Positions 56,401-64,000 of a DNA stretch of 64,000 bases are shown piece by piece. Below the pieces are notes generated by a model. The model did no database searches. It saw nothing but the letters and a program-made list of their open reading frames with translations, and had not been told where the DNA came from. A program made the translations under genes and the position numbers. The stretch covers positions 23,254,848-23,318,847 of the forward strand of contig CM120643.1 of assembly GCA_051362555.1 (NCBI GenBank), written 5' to 3'. This DNA comes from Lingula anatina. Taxonomy: Eukaryota > Animalia > Brachiopoda. Numbering within the stretch: position 1 is the first letter of the stretch; each line of letters starts with the position of its first letter.

Positions 56401-59400
56401 AAATAACTTACCTAGGGGCATGGTAACCATGGCCCAGCTAGTGCACATCACGTGGTATCTATGTTCCCATGGAAACCAGTCGGCTACGATGAAGAATAAT
56501 GGCGATACAAGGATGTTCATCCCGAGGCCGTATAGGACGCCATTGGAGAATATAAGGTATGTAGCACTGGGGGCAATTGCAGATAGGCTTAATCCTAATA
56601 CGACCAACAACGTCCCCACAATCGCTGAAATCTTGTAGCCGCTGTGATTTGATGTGATCTTTCCTATAAAGCTCGTGGCGCTGCAGCACAGGAAAAAGTC
56701 GGATTGGATAACACCTGGGAGACAATAAACAGTTAATTAGTGTAGGCAATTCTATAAAAAAGGAGAGAAATAATCTACCGGGAAATCATAAAATCGCAAA
56801 AAATGATATAATCACAAAAACATGCTGTTGGACTGAGAAAGAAAATCCCTTGTTCTTTACAATATACACACACTGGGCAAAAGAAGTGTCACCCCCTAAC
56901 TCAGAGTAATAAAAGTAGGCAGATCTTGGGTATTTATAATGCCTGGTCTACTTATAATGTGACTAATGAGTATAAAACCGCTAAACCATTGAATTGTATT
57001 GTTGGTCTTGTACATGTACAGCAAATGTTATTCCTGTATTCCTCCAATATGGCAAGATACAGGCAATTATCTAACGGTTATAGGTGCAAGTTATTAACCT
57101 GAAGAGGCGGAATATAAGCAATGTCAGAATATCGATACAATTGAATTGTTCAGTCAGAACCGTGTAGAGGGTCTGGTCTCGGTATAGAAACACTGGATCA
57201 AGAGACAAATTGCCTCTGATGGGTCGTCCAAGAAAAAATACTGGCCGTGAAGACCGACGACTGATTTTGATGTCCAGGTTGTCAAAGTTCGACACTGCTT
57301 GTCAGTTGACAACACAGTGGAACAATTTCACACATAAGAATGTGTTTGTGAAAATTGCTAGGCGTCGGATACATGCTCAGAGAGTGTACAGCAGGGTAGC
57401 AAGACTGAAACCTCTTATATCGTTACAAAACAGGCAACGTAGAGTAAACTAGGGTCAACAGGATCTTGAACTGGACAGTTCATGACAATTGGTCCTATGT
57501 ATTTTTCTGTATTTTTATGTATTTTTGGTCTGACCTCTGATGACAGACGGGTACTATTCTGGCAAACTGCTGGTAAAGCATTTGAACCAGATGCACTGAA
57601 TTTTCGAACCCGGAGCAGCATATTCATCATGGTGTGGGGCTGCATCAGCATCCATGGCTTGGGCGAATTGATAGTGGTTAATGGAAACGTGAATCACTAG
57701 AAATAAATCGATGTTTTGGAGTCAGGCTTGCTACCATCTATTACTGACATGTTTGGTGACAGGAATTATCCATTTGTTCACCAGGATGACAATGCTCCTT
57801 GTCACAGGCCCAGAGCAGTTGATGATTGGTTTGACCAACAGGACATTCGCAGGGTGATGTGGCCTGCCCAGAGTCCGGATGCAAACATAATAGACAATGT
57901 GTGTAATTTAAAATGTAATTTTCCCTATGTCAAGTAAAACTTTGAAGATTTAATGTAAAAGTGTGGCGTGTTATGTTCAAACTTATCAAATATCTTATTC
58001 AACAATTGCAGCAATTCACAAATGGCGGTTTACTTTTTTCTCAAAGTCGTTGACGGAGATTAAAACTGAGAAGGCAAACTGCACTCTGTTTTGAGGTACC
58101 AGAATATATTTGCTACATGTAGTTACAGATAAAAAAAAGAGAGGTCGACAATTGTTTCTTAGCATCGTTAAAGGTTTTCCGTCAGACCGTCAGAATGGCC
58201 TGAACGGAGCATATTCTTCAGAAAACATGCCCAAATAACGATATCTTTAACCAAATGCACAAATTAAAAGCTCATTGTGTAAATTTTTGACTAAAAAAAA
58301 CGTCCTTTTTGCTTAGCCTGCGAGTTAATGAGCTACGTGGTCACGTGGCCCGATGACGACAATCGTGCCACCGGAGGAGAGAGAGACAAGCAGCGTGTTT
58401 AGCTGTCAAACTGAGCTGTATTGTCTACCTGTAAGATGACTTTTCTGGCTCCTAATAAAAGTTCATACTCATTCAGATCTCTTACCCCAGGGCTCTAAAT
58501 CCTCGTGAAGCTGTGTAAAGCCATTTTCCGTCTATTCAATATATTAGGGCGCATTCCCATAGATTTTAGATCGAACGATCCCCGTGGGGAGTCTCACTAG
58601 ATTACTGTCAGATAGTCCGGCTTAAATGTCCGTCCCGCCTACTACAAGCTGTAAGGGAGTAATTAACTTTCGTGCCCGCTCGGCTGACAACTATTTAGCG
58701 TGAATCCCCAGGTAGTTAGGTCGATCTAGTTGGATCGATCTAATCTCTGGGAATGGGGTCTTAGATTAACCTCAGCCTGATGAGTTTTTATCACTACTAC
58801 TAGTAGTTGTATTTTTGTTGTTTTCATGACTTTATATTTTATTGCATTTCATTCTGATGAGCCATAGGGCACAGCAGTTTAATATGGCAATTGTAAACGC
58901 ACCATTGTTCTGACACCCTGTCTTGCATACTTTTATTCAACCGAGGTAAACAATGCGTGTTACCTTTACAAGTCCTATCTTAATAGTCCATATAACTGGA
59001 ACTTCCTTTACCTCTTAATTGGAGGGTTAAGTAGCCTTCAACTCTCCTGTAGCCTTTGTGTTGAGAGTATCGAACGCACTCTCGCTGGCGATATTTATCT
59101 CAGGTAAAAACTCTACCTGTGCGTTTTTTTCAAAGAGCAGCTCCCGCAGATCTGGGGGCACTAGATAAAATCTGGACACCAGGTTTATAAAGGAGCTAGA
59201 GAAACAAAGAAAGAATTTTTCCTGCAAAGCTTTATAGAAATTTTAACGCGGACTTGATAAAGCTTAGACCTCCAAACTAACAGGGTGACATGGGCAGTTT
59301 TCACAAGCAAATAATAAAACTTAAGTTTATGTTTCAGTTAGCCTTCTTTTAAATAAATATACCGTTCAGGGTAAATAAGAATATTGAAACTATTAAATCG

Positions 59401-62354
59401 CAAGAATATTTTTCACTTAAATGATGATTTTGTTATTAATGGCAATTAAGCTACTGTATGTGGTACATTTGCTGTGATAACGCTGTTGCGTTAGTCTACA
59501 TGCTGCTCTTTTTTACACTCAACAGTCTTTTAATTCGTATGTGCCTTTCTCATACCCCTTACCAGGTTAAATCTCCATGCATAATTTAAAATACACTAAC
59601 GTACGTATCAAAACTGCACATTTAGTGAACACATTAATCATTTTTAACATGCTACTAATAGCAAACAATGCTTTTTTTACCTTGATCTGCTACATGTTTT
59701 GGGGTTTGACAAAACTTACAAATTTGCAAAAAGTTTTGCGTACAGATCTTGCGTTTCAAGTTATAAAATGATAAATCTTTTAGATTATTTAATATTTCAG
59801 TTGACCGCACAAAAACGAAGTAGATACTCCAGCGCAGTAGACTACTGCAATCATACTGCAAACATGCTTCAAATCTGCTTCGATGTGGGAGCTAATTAGC
59901 ATATTTGAAACATGCTTCTATCATGCTGCTAATCTACTGCATTTATGCTCCTCCTCTGTACAAACCTATGCAACTTTTGAAGTAGAATTGCAGTAGGGTA
60001 TACTGCATTTCTACTGCAAATATGCTCCACACCTCTACTGCGTTAATGCTTCTTTGCTACTTCGATACTACTGCATTTTCGTGCGGGTAACCTTCAGAAA
60101 CAAATCCTCAAAGCATAAATGAATTAGGATTACGAACCATTTTATTACAACAGTTCCCATTTTTTCTTTAATATCACCGCTCTCCTTCCAGTTATTCCTC
60201 AACCACGTTTTCTTCCACGGAAGTAATACCTGGGCATATGCATGCTTCAAGATACCCTGAGAGCAATCACTTTTATTAATGTTCGCGACCGTGTTTGAAC
60301 TCAATTGTTAAATATCGATATTTAACGTCATTTAAAAATACCAATAAAATTACCCCATGAAATAAAAGAGATATTTTGAAAAATATTGAAGCCCACTAAG
60401 AATCTGACGAGTTGGATACCTGTTATCACCTGCCTTGGGAAGTGCAGCGGTGCATAATTAACATGTCTTATTGTTAACGAGCTCTTGATCAACTACAGTG
60501 CATAAAGAATGCATCAGCAATTAGTAAGCTTGTCAACTGATGACAGTTAATTTGAAAGACTATCAGCTTTTGATATGATCTAAACAACTTGAGTTGACCA
60601 TGATCTCGAGCATCACATATATTATCACGGAAGTAAGTAAATAAGTCACGGAAGACCGTCACAGACAAAGAAAGAATATTGTCAACGAGTGCTGCAATTT
60701 TGGTGAATCCCACGGCAATACACTGAGGCATAACGAAAATGGCTCAAATCCGTTCCACACAACTTTCCTAAACTTCTCTGTCTGTATGCACCATGCAGCT
60801 CAGTTGAGTCTCAAAGACCTTTATCCTCATTGTCGTCACAGTACCACATGACCCAGATCTGTTGCTTCATTTATGCATATTGAGGTGAGGTTTACTAAAA
60901 CGCTTTTTTTCTACTAATAGATTGTTTTTATACTTTTTAAATGGGATCGATTAAAACATATCTATAGTGTATAGATTGAGTGCTGAATCTTCGATTTGAG
61001 AGATGGATTTTTATGTGTCTAATATCCTTAAGCATATCTTGTTACGACATGACCTACTAGTTTGTGTCCTGTTACATTGTCATCAATTGTCATCTATCTA
61101 GTATTAACCATTTAAAATACCGGTATGACCGCCCTTTCACATAATTTTCTTTGTCATCTGCCTGGCTCGTTGTTCGGCCAGCAATAAGGGGGTGTGGGTA
61201 GGCCATTTAAGCACCACCCCATATTATGTCCACGCTGTCGCATCTAGTGGTGGTCAGAAAAGGGAGAAAGCAGGTGCCCACAGTTTCCAGGAGCTGAGGT
61301 ACATTGTAGCACAGTGATGCAAAATCTCTATTGCAGCAGCGATTTAATCATTTATAACTTAATATTTTGTTTAGATCACTGACACAAAGTTCAGTAAGCA
61401 GTATTTTTCATACTTGGGCAACAGGGATTCTTCACATTGTCAAGCTACATGAGTATGTGTCTTTATGATCGCCGGACTTTGTTGTATGTCCTAAATTACG
61501 GACAAAAACATTTGCCCTTAATTACTAGCTGAAAACCAACTTGAGAACTGTACCTTATTGCTTCGCCTTAGCTTAATAATATGTGGTGGATTAGACTTTA
61601 TCATTATTTAACCGATTATTACCCGGTCTCATCTTGCAAGATTTTCAGAGGGAGGATCGAACAAAGGTCTTAAAAATTAATACAATTAGCAAATTGACCC
61701 TGTAGGAAAAAGGTCTATATGTGCCTTTTAATCAATACTGCTCATCTTTTGAGCAAAGCAAATGGACTTTAGTTTCTTTTGTGCGTTTTTCTGCAATGTA
61801 TGTCTCTTTTTAAATGCCATTTTTACTAAAGGCTGTGCATAATTATATATAAGGATATGTGTAAATTTAACCTTTAGTTTCGATACCCTATACAGAGTAA
61901 CATAAATTATAAAAATAATAATAGCTGGTCTAAATCTTGGTCATATATTTGAAACGTTTTTATTTTTGTTGTTTAAAAAGGAAGTGTAAAGTTTAATTAT
62001 TAAATATGAAGAAATTACAGCGGCGTGGTATTATTTGAATTTTCTAGTAAGTAGTAAGAGCTTTTTCTCTCAGGGCAACCGATTTTTACGCAGTATCATC
62101 AATCGTTACTTATTTTTTAAAAAATACTCATTTTTAAGACATATTTTAGAAGACCTCTGGATTTTGTATACTTTGGCTAGAAAGTCTTTCTACATATATA
62201 CTAAAAAAGACTTACCTAGGGTTGCTTGAGACGAGGATCCCAACACAGTATCTTTACTAAAAGTGGTCACAAAAACGCCCCAACTCATCTTGATGCCATT
62301 AAAGGCAAGAAATAGTACAGATGTTAGTAGCACAATCAACCATCCGTGGTACAT
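53452..62354 (-). CDS. MFS transporter, SLC16/monocarboxylate transporter-like, copy D (tandem paralog), about 422 aa
   Basis: Six exons: 62354-62216, 56714-56412, 55613-55309, 54832-54607, 54103-53960, 53603-53452. Exon sizes and phases match copy C (last exon one codon longer) and the frame is open. Confidence 0.85.
56867..57903 (+). mobile_element. Tc1 transposon relic with frameshifted transposase pseudogene, right end missing
   Basis: Left TIR TA|CACACACTGGGCAAAAGAAGTGTCAC. Motifs GRPRK, ARLKPL, MVWGCIS, QDDNAPCHR and WPAQSPD are spread over several frames with stops. Confidence 0.9.
58547..58762. mobile_element. Diverged member of the Harbinger-like MITE family seen at 13076 and 23390
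   Basis: Has cattcccatagat ... atctctgggaatg ends and a similar internal palindrome (ggggagtctcacta.., taattaa centre). Confidence 0.6.
59804..60087. mobile_element. Degenerate EnSpm-like MITE with CTACTGCA-rich interior
   Basis: accgcacaaaaa ... ttttcgtgcggg inverted ends and repeated ctactgc motifs. Confidence 0.45.
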
Positions 62355-63164
62355 TTTAAACAAGTGTATAGTTAAAAAAACCAGGCGCTGTTACTGTGCA
62401 ATTTAGTCGAACATGGAATCACGAGGTGTGCTTTGCCGGTGTCATGTAGGAGAGAGTCCCTTCCTGTATTTGGCCCAGTTCACTATGATTTGAACAGGTT
62501 AGCGACCTTTCATTCCTATTAGACCCAATTACGCAACGCTAACTGTACCCTGTATTTAAACTTGTGTAATGCGGGCTCAGATACCCTCACCGGCACCCGT
62601 GTCTCCGCCCCCGTTGCAAGAAAATAGGATTGAATCTTAAAATGGGGGTATTCTTGAAAAGTATTTACAAAAACTCTATCAGTGTTGCAAATACTGTAAT
62701 TAATACAATATGGTTATACATACATGACGGAATGTGGTTTAATATTATTTACGGATTAATATGCAAACTTCTGTTTAATAATTTGCGGTTTGGTACACGT
62801 ACCAAATTTGTTGCTGGACAAAAAAAAAAAGATCGTCAGCGATCGAAAATCAGAGACACGGTTTTGTTTGTCACATGCAGTTATAACTCCCTACAAAAAC
62901 CAAAAATTGTCTACAAAAAGTGTTTATCCCTTCTCAAGTTACAGAGGTGCAGGAAGACTGAGAGGGAGACAGAAAAGCTTTCACGTCGGTAGGTGGAGTA
63001 GCCCAGCAAGTTTACGGCTTGCCACTGCTGTGCACGGCTGTTAGGGGTCCTATGAAACGATTTACTAGGTACAAACAAGCCTCGTCTTCTTGTATGCTAA
63101 TGCAATTTTATTAATACAAAATTTGTGTTTTTTTAATATACATGTATCTCATTTAATGGAAACT

Positions 63165-63810
63165 GATGACTATTGAATTTCACTTATGACAAAATTAGAA
63201 AATCTGTATTTCAAACCAATCATTGAGAGTGCTTAAGGGGGGAGAGGGGGCATTAATAAAAATATTGAAATAATGCATCAGTTCTAGTTCTATTTTTAAA
63301 AGAATTACATTTGCAAATGTTTAACTGAGTGTGCAGTTTAAGTGCAGTGCGTGTCCTGCTGGTGACCCTGTATCTTTTATATGTTGCGAAAAGATATCGT
63401 TTTCAGGTTGGGGATTCTTGTACTGTGACAGCAATCAAAATGATTTGATAAATACGTAGGGCAATTTGGTCAATCTTGAAAGGTCTGGGAGCGGCGATAA
63501 ACGTTGTCAACAATACAATGATAATTCGTTTGACAGTTAAACCTTCTTTTCGGTCCGACGATTTGATGGGTTATTTGTCATTTTTGGGCAAATTGTGGAT
63601 AGAAGGCACCCTAGACGTGTAACTCAATCCAAGAAAAGGTCATGCGCATGATTAACGGCGACATTCTTGGTTATACATGTAGTACCTGTATCTAACATAT
63701 TTTGTCATAATTGGCGTCTTGGGCTTACAATATTCTACTAGTATAGATCGTTAACTATCACATTTTTTTAACTGAAGCAGGGACGTCGTAAGCCGAATGG
63801 ATGCACACAT
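63165..63810. repeat. Paralogous copy of the MCT-C 3' flank (37345-38030)
   Basis: Collinear similarity over about 650 bp, for example aatcattgagagtg, aagtgcagtgcgtgtcct and catgcgcatgattaac. Confidence 0.85.
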
Positions 63811-64000
63811 ATACCAGTAATATGGCCATTTTCTACCAGCTCCAGTATAATGTCTTTCAAAACACTGTGATACAATGAATGATCCCCCGTAAATCGAATA
63901 TTAATGGTCGGGGTGTGATGGTGGAGGGGTCGCACGCACCCAGCCCGTTTTGATAACCCCTTACCCTCCCATTCAGATAAAAATATTAAGTGAAATTGAA

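Noticed and set aside
60489-60731. THAP-domain-like start (MPQCIAVG)
   Set aside because: The second Cys and the downstream W/CxxHF residues are missing, so the evidence is too weak.

Overview
AT-rich, intron-containing animal DNA, probably from a marine invertebrate (inference from gene and transposon content). Most entries in the ORF track are exon fragments or noise. Splicing by hand with GT-AG boundaries and phase checks gives six genes: the 5' end of a multi-HMA copper P1B-ATPase (ATP7-like, minus, runs off the left edge); two intact tandem 10-exon SLC15/POT-like transporters (plus); a 6-exon flavin-containing monooxygenase (minus); and two intact tandem 6-exon SLC16/MCT-like transporters (minus). 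A third MCT copy probably lies just beyond the right edge. The introns are full of transposons, including a Helentron/HINE-like element, Tc1 relics, Harbinger/Kolobok/EnSpm-type non-autonomous elements, a three-level nested insertion, a tRNA-derived SINE and a LINE 3' end. The most notable points are: both SLC15 paralogs lack the canonical proton-coupling residues but end in a YxxL sorting tail; the MCTs have atypical motifs; and upstream sequence is shared between the FMO and the MCT genes. No CRISPR or prokaryotic system is present. All alignments were done by eye and no database was searched.
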